A DNA stretch of 64,000 nt from Thermoanaerobaculia bacterium (GCA_041912555.1 JAYRMU010000032.1:45614-109613); one strand, 5' to 3'. Positions 18,950 through 29,339 are shown, counted from the stretch's first letter. Program-made: numbers and translations. The notes: a model not told the origin generated them from the letters alone.

Positions 18950-20425
18950 ATGAAGAGCTTGCGTGCCCGGTTCGCCGCCCTGGTCGCCCTCGGGGTCCTC
19001 GTCCTCGCCCCGCTCGGATGCGGAAAGAAGAACGACGCCGTCTCCCAGGCCGAGAAGGCGGACAACGCCTCGGGCGTCCCGGCGCCCGGCATCGAGGAGG
19101 TCAAGAAGATCGCCGCGGACGGCTTCGTCTACGGCCTGCCGATCGTGATGAATTACGCGGTCATGTACGAATACGCGATCGACCGCAACTCCGGGCAGTT
19201 CAAGGCGCCGTTCAATCAGATCAAGAACGAGGCGCGCGTGTTCACCTACGAGGACACGTCCATTCCCACGCCGAACAGCGATACGCCGTATTCGTTCGTG
19301 TGGATGGACCTGCGAGCGGAACCCATCGTCCTTTCGGTGCCCGCGGTCGACCCGAAGCGCTATTACTCGATCATGCTCTGCGACGGCAACACCTACAACT
19401 ACGGCTACGTCGGCACCCGCGCCACGGGGAGTGACGCGGGGGATTACATGGTCGTCGGCCCCGACTGGAAGGGCGAAACTCCGGCGGGGATCAAGAAGGT
19501 CTTCCGGTCCAGCACGCAGTTCTCGGTGGCGGGTTACCGCACCCAGCTGTTCAACCCGGCCGACATGCCGAACGTGGAGAAGGTCCAGGCGGGTTACAAG
19601 GTCCAGGCGCTCTCGAGCTACCTGAAGCAGCCGGCGCCCCCGGCCTCGCCGGCGATCGAATGGCCGAAGATCGACAAGGACCTCGTCAAGACGGAGTTCT
19701 TCGAGTACCTCGACTTCGCGCTGCAGTTCGCGCCGCCGGCGGACAACGAGAAGGAGATTCGGGCGCGGCTCGCGACGATCGGCGTCGGCCCGGGCAAGAA
19801 GTTCGACTTCAAGCAGCTCTCCGTCGAGCACAAGGCGGCGATCCTGCTCGGGATGAAGGACGGCTCGAAGAGGGTCGACGAGGCGGTGGCGAGCGCGGGG
19901 AAGGCGGTCAACGGCTGGCAGGTCAGCGGCCTCCCCGGCGACAGCGCCCACTACAACGGCGACTGGCTGAAGCGAGCCGCGGCGGCGAAGGCCGGGATCT
20001 ACGGCAACAGCCCCGAGGAAGCGATGTACCCCTTCACGCGCAACGACGGCTCCGGCCAGGAGCTCGACGGCTCGAAGCACGCGTACACGCTGACCTTCGC
20101 GAAGGGACAGTTCCCGCCGGTCAACGCGTTCTGGTCGGTGACCATGTACGACGGCAAGTCGCAGCTGCTCATCAAGAACCCGATCAACCGGTACCTCATC
20201 AATTCGCCGATGCTGTCCCAGATGAAGACGAGCGCCGACGGATCGGTCACGCTCTTCATCCAGAAGGACTCGCCCGGCAAGGACAAGGAATCGAACTGGC
20301 TGCCGGCGCCGGACGGGCCGATCTACCTGGTCATGCGGCTGTACTGGCCGAAGGCCGAGCCGCCCTCGATCCTGCCGCCCGGGGAAGGGACCTGGCAGCC
20401 TCCGGCGCTCGCCGTCGCGAAGTAG
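18950..20425 (+). CDS. DUF1254/DUF1214 lipoprotein
   Basis: Lipobox LGC; TPNSDTPYS, FWSVTMYD, NWLPAP.GP..LVMRLYWP. Confidence 0.9.
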   Translation: MKSLRARFAALVALGVLVLAPLGCGKKNDAVSQAEKADNASGVPAPGIEEVKKIAADGFVYGLPIVMNYAVMYEYAIDRNSGQFKAPFNQIKNEARVFTYEDTSIPTPNSDTPYSFVWMDLRAEPIVLSVPAVDPKRYYSIMLCDGNTYNYGYVGTRATGSDAGDYMVVGPDWKGETPAGIKKVFRSSTQFSVAGYRTQLFNPADMPNVEKVQAGYKVQALSSYLKQPAPPASPAIEWPKIDKDLVKTEFFEYLDFALQFAPPADNEKEIRARLATIGVGPGKKFDFKQLSVEHKAAILLGMKDGSKRVDEAVASAGKAVNGWQVSGLPGDSAHYNGDWLKRAAAAKAGIYGNSPEEAMYPFTRNDGSGQELDGSKHAYTLTFAKGQFPPVNAFWSVTMYDGKSQLLIKNPINRYLINSPMLSQMKTSADGSVTLFIQKDSPGKDKESNWLPAPDGPIYLVMRLYWPKAEPPSILPPGEGTWQPPALAVAK

Positions 20426-20435
20426 ACGCCCCGCG

Positions 20436-21389
20436 ATGATCCCGCTCGAGGCGATCCGGGAGGCCGCGGCCCGGATCGCCGGGCGGGTTCATCGCACGCC
20501 GCTCTTCTCGTCTTCGGATCTCGGCGCCCGGGCGGGCGTCCGGCTGTGGCTGAAGTGCGAGAGCTTCCAGAAGACGGGCTCGTTCAAGGCGCGTGGGGCG
20601 CTCAACAAGGTCCTCTCCCTTTCGGACGCCGAGCGGGCCCGGGGGCTGGTGACCGTTTCGGCGGGCAACCACGCCGCGGCGGTGGCCTGGGCGGCGCGGG
20701 AGGCCGGCTGCACGGCCGTGGTCGTGATGCCGACCGATGCGCCGCGCTCCAAGATCGACGCCGTCCGGGGCTACGGCGCCGAGATCGTCTTCCACCCGGA
20801 CCGGCCGACGCTCTTCGACAAGCTGCACGAGGTCCGCGACGCCCGCGGCCTGACCTTCGTGCACCCCTTCGACGACCCGATCCTGCTGGCCGGCGCCGGA
20901 ACGGCCGGGCTCGAGATCGCCGAGGACCTCTCCGGCGTCGGCCTCGTGGTCGTGCCGGTGGGGGGCGGGGGCCTGCTCTCGGGGGTGGCGTCGGCGATCC
21001 GGCAGGCGCGCCCGCAGGCGCGCATCGTCGCGGTCGAGCTCGAGGCCGGCCCCGGCCTCGGCCCCGCGCTCGCGGCGGGAAAGCCGGTGCCGGCGCCGCG
21101 GCCCGCGACGATCGCCGACGGCATGACTCCCCCCTTCGTCGGGGCGCTGGCGGTCGAAATCGCGCGCGAGGCGGTCGACGAGATCGTCACCGTGACCGAG
21201 GCGGAGATCCTCGAGGGGATGCGCCTGCTCATGACGCGCGCCAAGCTCTACGTCGAGGGATCGGGGGCCGCCGCGGCGGCGGCGCTCGTCGCGGGCAAGG
21301 TCCGCGTGCCCGCCGGAACGACCGCCGTCGCGATCGTGTCCGGCGGCAACGTGGACCTCGAAAAGGTCGCGGCCGCCCTGGGCGGCTGA
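20436..21389 (+). CDS. PLP-dependent threonine/serine dehydratase family protein
   Basis: KCESFQKTGSFKARG, SAGNHA, VPVGGGGLLSG, SGGN. Confidence 0.9.
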   Translation: MIPLEAIREAAARIAGRVHRTPLFSSSDLGARAGVRLWLKCESFQKTGSFKARGALNKVLSLSDAERARGLVTVSAGNHAAAVAWAAREAGCTAVVVMPTDAPRSKIDAVRGYGAEIVFHPDRPTLFDKLHEVRDARGLTFVHPFDDPILLAGAGTAGLEIAEDLSGVGLVVVPVGGGGLLSGVASAIRQARPQARIVAVELEAGPGLGPALAAGKPVPAPRPATIADGMTPPFVGALAVEIAREAVDEIVTVTEAEILEGMRLLMTRAKLYVEGSGAAAAAALVAGKVRVPAGTTAVAIVSGGNVDLEKVAAALGG

Positions 21390-21390
21390 C

Positions 21391-21759
21391 CTAGCCCGCC
21401 TTCTCGTCGGCCTGCAGGATGCCGAAGGTGTTGCCTTCGGGATCCGTGCAGTAGGCGAGCCAGCCGACTCTGGGCACGGCCATCCGGGGCGCGACGGTCT
21501 TTCCGCCCCTGGCCTCGATCGCCGCGAGGCTGGCGTCGAGCGACGGGACCGCGATGGTGTTCACGGTCGTCGCGCCGGGATGGCTGCGCGCCATCAGGCC
21601 GCCGTCGATGCCGCACTCGGTCTCCGCGCCGGTCTTGACGAGCCAGTACGGCATCGGGCCGTCCCATTTCTGGAACGTCCAGCCGAAGACCTCGCCGTAG
21701 AAAGCGGCGGCGCGCTCGGGGTCGTCCGCGGGGATCTCGAAGTGGATGACTCGGGGCAT
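21391..21759 (-). CDS. VOC/glyoxalase family protein
   Basis: HFEI..DD..RA..FY, DPEGN.FG motifs; AAGGAG RBS. Confidence 0.9.
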   Translation of the reverse strand: MPRVIHFEIPADDPERAAAFYGEVFGWTFQKWDGPMPYWLVKTGAETECGIDGGLMARSHPGATTVNTIAVPSLDASLAAIEARGGKTVAPRMAVPRVGWLAYCTDPEGNTFGILQADEKAG

Positions 21760-21813
21760 GGTTGCTCCTTCGAAATTTGGATTTCGGTCTTCAGATTTCG
21801 GCTCGGGACGTGA

Positions 21814-22173
21814 TCAGGGCGTCGCGGTGCGCCGGGCTCGGTACTTCTGGGTGGCATAGCCGACGATCGCGCCGACCAGGGCGCCGGGGAGCATGATCTC
21901 GGCGTAGTAGTGCTTGCCGTTCGGATCGGGCATCGCCGCCACGATCCACGCGAGCAGCAGGCCCACGGCGAGCCCGAAGGCGACGCCGAGGGCGGTCGAG
22001 TCGACCTTGCGGGCGAAGAAGCCGATCGAGACGCCGGCGACCAGCCCCTTGAAGGTCGAGCCGATGACGATTCCCATCAGCTGGTTGCGGACCTCGGGCG
22101 TGAAGTAGGCCGTCAGCCCGTCGAAGATTCCCAGGACCCCGCCCAGGAGAAGGCCGAACACCGGTTTGCTCAT
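21814..22173 (-). CDS. Hypothetical 4-TM membrane protein
   Basis: Four Gly-rich hydrophobic segments; GGAGG RBS. Confidence 0.75.
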   Translation of the reverse strand: MSKPVFGLLLGGVLGIFDGLTAYFTPEVRNQLMGIVIGSTFKGLVAGVSIGFFARKVDSTALGVAFGLAVGLLLAWIVAAMPDPNGKHYYAEIMLPGALVGAIVGYATQKYRARRTATP

Positions 22174-22213
22174 CGTTCCTCCACCCTTCTATTCAACGTT
22201 GCGCGGAATTCCT

Positions 22214-23251
22214 TTAACGGCGGCCGTAGAGCAGCAGCACCACCCTCATCACCAGGTAGGCGAGGACGATCAGGATGGGCGTCTGGTACCGGGTGAACAG
22301 GCGGCGGGCCCGTTCGACCACCCCTTCCCGGTGCGCGAGGACCCGGTCGCCGTCGAGGTAGCGCGCGACGTCGGCCGACAGGCCCTCGACCGACGCGTAG
22401 CGGGCGGCCGCGTCGACCGCCATGGCGCGCTGGACGATCGCCTCGAGCGCGGGCGGGACGTCCGGGTCGACGGCGCGGGGCGCAACGGGCTCCTCCCGGG
22501 ACCCGCCGCGGACGCGCCGCTCGGCCGCGCGCCCGTCGAACGGGGCACGGCCCGCCACGAGGAAGTAGAGAATCGCCCCGAGGGCGTAGACGTCGGCCGC
22601 CACGCCGACGCCGCTGCCGGCGCCCTCCGCCTGCTCCGGCGCCATGTACGCGAGGGTGCCGACGACGGCGCCTTCCGCCGTCCGGCCCGCCTCCTCGGCG
22701 GCGGTCCCGTCCGCGGGCGGCGCGTCCGGGCCGCCGCCGAGGGCCTTCGCCACGCCCCAGTCCATGACGAGCACCTCGCCGAACGGTCCCACCATCACGT
22801 TGTCGGGTTTCAGGTCGCGGTGCAGGACGCCGCGCGCGTGGGCGAACGCCACCGCCTCGCAGATGCGCTGGAAGGCCCGCAGCCGTTCCGGGCGCGGCAG
22901 CGTGGCGGCGAGCTCGTCGAGGCGCTTTCCGTCCACGCGCTTCATCGCGTAGAAGATCCGCCCGTCGGGCAGCACGCCCGCGTCGTGCACGGGAACGATG
23001 CCGGGGTGCTCGAGGAGGGCGAGGACGCGGGCCTCGTTCCACATCCGCTCGGCGGCCCCGGGCCGGGCGGCCGACGTCGCGACGACCTTGAGCGCGACGC
23101 GGCGCGCGAGGACCGTGTCTTCGGCGAGGTAGACCGTGCCCATCCCTCCGCGGCCGAGCTCCTCGAGGAGCCGGTACTTCGTCTCGCCGAGGTCCGGCCA
23201 CTCGGCGACGCGGCGCAGGTGGCGGACCGTGCGGTCCGAGAGATACCTCAC
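22214..23251 (-). CDS. Hanks-type Ser/Thr protein kinase with C-terminal TM helix
   Basis: LGRGGMGTVY, VALKV, HRDLKPDN, DWG, GTLAYMAPEQ; GTG start overlaps the sigma-factor stop. Confidence 0.92.
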   Translation of the reverse strand: MRYLSDRTVRHLRRVAEWPDLGETKYRLLEELGRGGMGTVYLAEDTVLARRVALKVVATSAARPGAAERMWNEARVLALLEHPGIVPVHDAGVLPDGRIFYAMKRVDGKRLDELAATLPRPERLRAFQRICEAVAFAHARGVLHRDLKPDNVMVGPFGEVLVMDWGVAKALGGGPDAPPADGTAAEEAGRTAEGAVVGTLAYMAPEQAEGAGSGVGVAADVYALGAILYFLVAGRAPFDGRAAERRVRGGSREEPVAPRAVDPDVPPALEAIVQRAMAVDAAARYASVEGLSADVARYLDGDRVLAHREGVVERARRLFTRYQTPILIVLAYLVMRVVLLLYGRR

Positions 23252-24000
23252 GGCTCGGGAGTTCCGAGGAGGCTGCGCGCCTCCTCCCGGAATTCGTGGT
23301 CGGTCGCGGTGATCTCCCGCAGCATCTCGAGGACGATGCGCCGGAACTCGCGGCGCGCGAAGGCCAGGAAGTTCGTCACTTGGGTGACCGGGACCTGCAC
23401 TTCCTCGGCCAGCTTCTCGTACGTGAGCTTCTCGTCGGGGTCCCGGTCGAGCTCGTACCGCTCGAAGAGCCGGAAGGGGAGGTCCTTCCCGCGCATCGCG
23501 CACTCGGCGCGGAGCTTCTCGACGGCGAGCGAGAAGAGGTTGCGCACGAACTCGTCGTGGAACGACTGCTCGGGCGTCCGTCCCCCCGCCGGCTCCGCGA
23601 GAGCGAGCTCCGCTTCGGCGTCCGCGAAGTCGAGGGCGAGGACGGGCGCGCCGGGGGAACGCTTCCGGCGCCCCGCGGCTTTCTTCTCGTTGGCGACGAA
23701 GCGGTCGAGGCACGTACGCAGGTACGTGCGGAAACTCCCCTTTTCGGAATCGTACGCGGCGAAGAATTCCTTTTCGAGCGCGCGGGCGAAGAACTCCTGG
23801 GTCAGGTCCTTGGCGTCCTCGTTGGATTCCCGGTAGCGCAGGCGCAGGTACTTGTAGACCGGCCTCCAGTACGCGCCGAGCAGGACGGCGAGGCCGCGCT
23901 CGCGCTCCACGGGATGCGGGCTCTGCGCGGCGAGGACGGCCGAGGGACGGGTGGCCGGAAACTTCCCCGTGCCCTCGCCGATGCCGGTGTCGTCGTCCAT
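23248..24000 (-). CDS. ECF sigma factor (kinase-associated type)
   Basis: FPATR..., YWRPVY.Y.R, DAKDLTQEFF, KGSFRTYL region 2; region-4 HTH (YEKLAEE..VP). Confidence 0.85.
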   Translation of the reverse strand: MDDDTGIGEGTGKFPATRPSAVLAAQSPHPVERERGLAVLLGAYWRPVYKYLRLRYRESNEDAKDLTQEFFARALEKEFFAAYDSEKGSFRTYLRTCLDRFVANEKKAAGRRKRSPGAPVLALDFADAEAELALAEPAGGRTPEQSFHDEFVRNLFSLAVEKLRAECAMRGKDLPFRLFERYELDRDPDEKLTYEKLAEEVQVPVTQVTNFLAFARREFRRIVLEMLREITATDHEFREEARSLLGTPEP

Positions 24001-24022
24001 GGTGCCGGTATATCGTATGGGC

Positions 24023-24445
24023 GTGACGCCGGAAGCGACAGCGGTAGCGGCGGCGAACCTCGCTTTTTACCGCGCCCTCGAGGCCCGCGACCTCGCGACG
24101 ATGGCGTCCGTCTGGCACCACGACGCGGCGGTCAGCTGCGTCCACCCCGGCTGGCACCGCCTCGACGGCTGGGACGAGGTCGAACGCTCGTGGGCCAACA
24201 TCTTCGCCAATTCCCGGCCCTGGGCCGTCGCCTGCGAGGACATCCGCATCGCGCTCGCCGGGGACCTCGCGTGGGTGACCTGCACGGAAGTGATCGTTCC
24301 CTTCGGCGCCGACGAGGAATCCGAGGCCGCCCGGATGCAGGCCACGAACCTCTTCGGGCGCGTGGAAGGGGAGTGGCGCCTCGTGCACCATCACGCGTCG
24401 CCTTCTCCGACGGGCGAGGCGGAAGCCGACGAGCCGGTGAATTGA
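24023..24445 (+). CDS. NTF2/SnoaL-like protein
   Basis: AN.AFY.A.E..D, CVHPGW, ATN.F, W.LVHHHAS; start GTG 24023 or ATG 24017. Confidence 0.85.
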   Translation: MTPEATAVAAANLAFYRALEARDLATMASVWHHDAAVSCVHPGWHRLDGWDEVERSWANIFANSRPWAVACEDIRIALAGDLAWVTCTEVIVPFGADEESEAARMQATNLFGRVEGEWRLVHHHASPSPTGEAEADEPVN

Positions 24446-24485
24446 GGCGCTGCCCGGCCCGGGGCCGGTTGGTACAGGAGGTGTC

Positions 24486-25481
24486 GTGAAGATCGTCGTC
24501 CGGATCCTGCTCGTTCTCGTCCTCGCCGCCGGCGGGTTCGTCGCGTGGCTCGCCCTGCGGTCGCCCGCGATGCGTCCGCCGTCCGCCGAGAAGGTCGAGG
24601 CGACGCCCGAACGCGTGGCGCGCGGGGAGTATCTCGTCGTGCACGTCGCCGACTGCTTCGGCTGCCATTCGGACCACCACTGGAATCGGTTCGCCATTCC
24701 GATCAAGGCCGGGACGACGGGCCAGGGCGGATTTCCGTTCGACAAGAAGCTCGGCGTCCCGGGGCTCGTCCAGGCGCAGAACATCACGCAGGACAGGGAG
24801 TACGGGCTGGGGGACTGGACCGACGGAGAGATCATGAGGGCCCTGCGCGAGGGAGTGAATCGCAAGGGCCAGGCGCTCTTCCCGATGATGCCCTACGAGG
24901 CCTTCCACGAGATGAGCGACGAGGACGCGCGCGCCGTGGTGGCGTTCCTGCGGACCGTGCCGGCCGTCCACAACCCCGTCGAGCCCCGCCGGCTCGACTT
25001 CCCGGTCAACCTCCTCATCAAGTTCGCCCCGGCGCCCCTCACCGGGCCCGTGGTCGCGCCGGATCCGAAGGACACGGTTGCCTACGGCAAGTACCTCGTC
25101 ACCCTGGCCGGCTGCCCCGGCTGCCATACGCCGCACGACGACAAGGGCCAGCCGGTTCCCACCGCCTGGTTCACGGGGGGCTGGGTCATGGTCGGGCCGT
25201 GGGGCCGCGTCGTGTCGGCCAACCTCACGCCGGATCCGGACAACTACATGGGTCAGGCCACGCGGGACGAGTTCATCGGGCGCTTCAAGGCCTTCGAGGC
25301 GTTCGGCGAGAATGCGCCCGTGGCCCCGCCCGGAAAGAACACGGTCATGCCCTGGCCGGCCCTCGCGGGCCTGACGCGGGAGGACCTCGGCGCGATCTAC
25401 GACTATTTGAAGACCCTGAAACCCGTCAAGAAGAAGATCAACCCGTTCCCCGACGCCCCCGTCGAGGCTCCGAGATCGTGA
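24486..25481 (+). CDS. Membrane-anchored dihaem cytochrome c
   Basis: Two CxxCH motifs (CFGCH, CPGCH); NIT.D...G.G.W and MPW/MPY ligand motifs. Confidence 0.9.
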   Translation: MKIVVRILLVLVLAAGGFVAWLALRSPAMRPPSAEKVEATPERVARGEYLVVHVADCFGCHSDHHWNRFAIPIKAGTTGQGGFPFDKKLGVPGLVQAQNITQDREYGLGDWTDGEIMRALREGVNRKGQALFPMMPYEAFHEMSDEDARAVVAFLRTVPAVHNPVEPRRLDFPVNLLIKFAPAPLTGPVVAPDPKDTVAYGKYLVTLAGCPGCHTPHDDKGQPVPTAWFTGGWVMVGPWGRVVSANLTPDPDNYMGQATRDEFIGRFKAFEAFGENAPVAPPGKNTVMPWPALAGLTREDLGAIYDYLKTLKPVKKKINPFPDAPVEAPRS

Positions 25482-26446
25482 AGGCCGTCCGCGTCCACGC
25501 GCCGGGAGGCCCCGAGGTCCTGCGGTACGAGGACGTCCCCGAGCCGCGGCCGCAGCCGGGAGAGGCGGTCGTCCGCGTCGAGGCCGCGGGCGTCAACTTC
25601 ATCGACGTGTACCACCGCACGGGCCTCTACAAGGCGGCCCTGCCGGTGACGCTCGGCCAGGAGGGCGCGGGCACCGTCGCCGCGGTCGCGCCCGACGTGA
25701 CCGGACTGGCTCCGGGTGATCGGGTCGCGTGGGCCGCCAGCTTCGGCGCGTACGCCGAAGAGGTCGCCGTTCCGGCGCAGCGCCTCGTGAAGCTGCCGGA
25801 AGGCCTGACGGCGCGGCAGGGCGCGGCCGCCATGCTGCAGGGAATGACCGCGCACTACCTCGCCTGCTCGACCCGCCCGCTGGGGCCGGGCGACACGTGC
25901 CTCGTGCACGCGGGGGCGGGCGGCGTGGGACTGCTGCTGACGCAGATCGCCAAGCTGCGGGGCGCCCGCGTGTTCACGACGGTTTCGACCGCCGAGAAGG
26001 CCGGGCTCTCGCGCGCGGCCGGAGCCGACGCGACGATCGACTACACGAGCCAGGACTTCGAGGCCGAGGCGCGGCGCCTCACGGGCGGCCGCGGCGTCGA
26101 CGTCGTCTACGACTCGGTCGGGAAGACGACCTTCGAAAAGGGCCTGGCCAGCGTCGCGCCTCGCGGCACGATGGTCCTGTTCGGGCAGTCGAGCGGGCCG
26201 GTCGCGCCCCTGGATCCGCAGGTGCTCTCCCAGCGCGGCTCGCTCTTTCTGACCCGGCCGACCCTCGTCCACTACACCGCCTCGCGGGAGGAGCTGCTCG
26301 CGCGCGCGGGAGACGTCCTCGGGTGGATCCGGGACGGAAGGCTCAAACTGCGGATCGAGCACGAGTTCCCCCTCTCCGGGGCCGCCGACGCGCACCGCGC
26401 GCTCGAGGGCCGGAAGACGACCGGAAAGGTGCTGCTCATCCCCTGA
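25478..26446 (+). CDS. qor: NADPH:quinone oxidoreductase (zeta-crystallin family)
   Basis: GVNFID.Y.RTG.Y, LQGMTAHYL, AGAGGVG, GSLFLTRP, GRKTTGK. Confidence 0.9.
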   Translation: MKAVRVHAPGGPEVLRYEDVPEPRPQPGEAVVRVEAAGVNFIDVYHRTGLYKAALPVTLGQEGAGTVAAVAPDVTGLAPGDRVAWAASFGAYAEEVAVPAQRLVKLPEGLTARQGAAAMLQGMTAHYLACSTRPLGPGDTCLVHAGAGGVGLLLTQIAKLRGARVFTTVSTAEKAGLSRAAGADATIDYTSQDFEAEARRLTGGRGVDVVYDSVGKTTFEKGLASVAPRGTMVLFGQSSGPVAPLDPQVLSQRGSLFLTRPTLVHYTASREELLARAGDVLGWIRDGRLKLRIEHEFPLSGAADAHRALEGRKTTGKVLLIP

Positions 26447-26508
26447 TCACGAGGGCGGCCCGGGTGTGCCATGATTCTCTCCAGAATCCACGCGCGTCGT
26501 AACCGGCG

Positions 26509-27381
26509 ATGAGGCAAAACGTGATCCTCGTGACAGGCGCCACGGGAAAGGTTGGACAGGAGGTCGTCCGCCAGCTCGCGGCCGCGGACGTCCCGGCGCG
26601 GGCCCTCGTTCGCGACGGGACGCGCGCCTCGCCCATCCGCATTCCGGGCATCGAGGTCGTGGTCGGGGACCTCGCCAGGCCGGAGACGCTCCCGGCCGCG
26701 TTCGCCGGCGTGGAACGCGTCTTCCTCGTCTCGCCCGCGGCGCCGGACCAGGTGGAGCTCCAATCCAACGCGCTCGAGGCGGCGAGGCGGGCGGGCGCGC
26801 GGCGCATCGTCAAGGTCTCCGTGGCGGGAGGCCCGGACGCCGGGACCCAGATCGGCCGCTGGCACTGGGCGACCGAGAAGCAGATCGAGGCCTCGGGACT
26901 CGGTTTTACGTTCCTGCGCCCCACGCTCTACATGCAGCAGATGCTGGCCTACGCGCCCTCGATCGCCGCGACCGGCACGTTCTCGGCTCCCGTGGGCGCG
27001 GGCGAGGTCGCGACGGTGGACACGCGGGACGTGGCCGCGGTGGCCGTCGCCGCGCTGACGCAGGAAGGCCACGACCGCCGCATCTACGACCTCACGGGCC
27101 CCGAGGCCCTCTCGTACGACGCGATGGCCGACGCGATCTCGGCGGCCATCGGAAAGCGCGTCGCCTTCGCGCACGTTCCTCCGGACTACGCGCGCCGGCA
27201 GATGCTCGCCGACGGCCTTCCGCGCTGGCTGGTCGACGACATGATCATCCTGGCCGCCTCGTTCCGCGAGGGGTACGGCGCGGGGGTGACCCACACGGTC
27301 GCCGAGGTGACGAAGCGCAAGCCGCGCGCCTTCGCGCAGTTCGCGCGCGACTACGCGCACGTCTTTCGCGAAGGCCATTGA
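26509..27381 (+). CDS. NmrA/SDR-family NAD(P)-binding oxidoreductase
   Basis: ILVTGATGKVG Rossmann motif, LRPT.YMQ, YDLTGPEALS. Confidence 0.88.
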   Translation: MRQNVILVTGATGKVGQEVVRQLAAADVPARALVRDGTRASPIRIPGIEVVVGDLARPETLPAAFAGVERVFLVSPAAPDQVELQSNALEAARRAGARRIVKVSVAGGPDAGTQIGRWHWATEKQIEASGLGFTFLRPTLYMQQMLAYAPSIAATGTFSAPVGAGEVATVDTRDVAAVAVAALTQEGHDRRIYDLTGPEALSYDAMADAISAAIGKRVAFAHVPPDYARRQMLADGLPRWLVDDMIILAASFREGYGAGVTHTVAEVTKRKPRAFAQFARDYAHVFREGH

Positions 27382-27486
27382 AGCCGCGCAGGACGCCTCG
27401 CCTCCCGTCCACCGCGCCGTGGATCGCCTCGCCCGCCGCGCGGAAATTGCGCTAGATTTCGTCCCCCGAGACGAGAAGGAGGACCG

Positions 27487-27951
27487 ATGCCCGCACTCAT
27501 TCCCCCGACCTACGAGGACGCCAAGCTGGTCCTGAAGCTGTACGAGCTGCGCCGCGAGGAGAAGCTGCGCGCGGCGCGCGACTGGATCGGCTCGAAGTTC
27601 TTCCCGCAGACGTTCGAAGACGCGAAGGCCGTCGCCCTCGGCACCGGAGTGGAGAACCTCTCCTACCGGATGGTCGTCGGCTACTGGGACATGGCGGCCT
27701 CCTTCGTCGCCCACGGGGTCCTGCACCCGGAGCTCTTCTTCGAGTCCGGCGGCGAATCGCTCTTCCTCTGGGCCAAGATCGGCGAGTTCGTTCCGCAGCT
27801 GCGCCAGGAAACCGGGGCGCCGCGGCTGCTCGCCAACCTCGAGAAGGCGATGGGAATGGTCCCCTGGACAGGCGAGCGCATCCAGGCGCTGCGTGGCCGC
27901 ATGGGCGCCTACCGCGAGCGGCTGCTCAAGGCGGGGAAGAGCCCGGCGTAG
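27487..27951 (+). CDS. Hypothetical protein (DUF4760-like)
   Basis: AGGAGG RBS; DA.L.LKLYELRRE..LR.AR.W and YW.MA patterns. Confidence 0.7.
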   Translation: MPALIPPTYEDAKLVLKLYELRREEKLRAARDWIGSKFFPQTFEDAKAVALGTGVENLSYRMVVGYWDMAASFVAHGVLHPELFFESGGESLFLWAKIGEFVPQLRQETGAPRLLANLEKAMGMVPWTGERIQALRGRMGAYRERLLKAGKSPA

Positions 27952-29339
27952 CGGCGCCCGCGCGCTCCCGGGAGAGCCACTCGCGGAACTCCGGGTCGGC
28001 GCGCAGGGCCGCGAAGTCGGGATCCTCGTCGAGGAGGTCGAACCGGCGGAAGCCCTTCTCGACGGCGCGCGTCAGGTGCTTGCGCGCGCGCCGCGGCTGG
28101 CCGGCGCGGGCCTCGGCGCTGGCGAGGTCGTAGTCCACCAGCGGGTCGTCCGGATCGATCTGCGCCGCGACCTCGAGGGCGAGCCGGGCGCGGGCCCAGT
28201 CCTTCTTCGCGAGGAAGTCCTCGGGCAGGTAGAAGCGCGTCTGCGCGCGCAGGTTGGCGAGGAGACGCTCGGCCGAGAGGCGCTCGGCGGGCGACCCGGC
28301 GGCCGCGCGCCGCTTGAGCGCCGGCACGCCGAGCTCCGCGGAGACCTCGGCGGCCGGGCGGAGCTCGGGCTCCCGCAGCGCGGCATGGAGCTTCTGCGCG
28401 AGGACGCGCAGCGTCCCCCGGTCGCGGTCGTCGCGGAGGGACGCCTCCCGCAGGGTAGCGCGGACGGACGCCGACGCGGCGAGGGCCGCGGCCTTCTCCG
28501 CCGCCGGGCCGACGTCGGCGAGACCGCGAAAATCCTCCGCGGCGTTCGCGTAGGCGACGGAGGCGTCGGCCGGCGCGCCCGCGGCCTCGAGCGCGGCCGC
28601 TCGGGCGATCTCGGAGGCGAGGAGGTCCGCGGCGAGCGCCTCGTCCCGGGCGCGGGCGCCGGACTTCATCGCCTCGAGCTCCATCCACGCGACCGCGCGG
28701 GACGCGACCGCCGGCGGGGGCCAGTCGTGGCCCCCCTCGAAGTACGCGATCCGGTGCGCGACGTTCGCGGCGGACAGGTCCGCGTCGAGGGCGCGCATCT
28801 CGTAGTAGTTGAAGTCCCGGTCGCCGACCGTGCCGAAGTAGCGGAAGGGCAGGCCCGCCAGCGGCATCTTCTCGTCGGGCAGCCCCGCGCCGCAGCCGAT
28901 GACGCCGGCGATCGCCTTCGGGGCGCGGGCGGCCAGGGCGACGGCGGCGCGGGCGCCGCCCGAGAACCCGGCGAGGGTGACGCGCCGCGGGTCGATCGCG
29001 AGGAGGGCGTGGGTGTCGTTCCACATCGCCTGGAGCGCGGGCGTGTTCGGGTCGTCCCGCGTGTCGCTGCGCGAGTTCCAGGACGACGCGAGGATCCAGC
29101 CGTACGTCTCGGCGGCGGCGCGGAAGCGTTCGAGGGCGGCCAGCGCCCGGCCCCGCGCGTCGAGGATGTAGAGGATCGGCCGCGGCCGGTCCGGTGCGTA
29201 GGCCGGGGGCAGGTATTCGGCGTACGCCTGTTCGGGCTTCTCGCGGCAGACGATCCGTTCGACGACGCGGCCGCCGGCCGGCTCCGCGGCGCAGGCCGCG
29301 GCCGCCGCGAAGAAGACGAGGAGGCCCGCGCGAAGCCGT

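Noticed and set aside
18950-20425. Slightly lower-GC DUF1254 gene as a horizontally acquired island
   Set aside because: Explained by Lys/Asn/Tyr-rich composition; GC3 remains high and there are no mobility signatures.
21765-21805. Short GATTTCGG direct repeat between the VOC and membrane genes
   Set aside because: Two 8-mers in a 54-bp spacer; too little information to support an operator.
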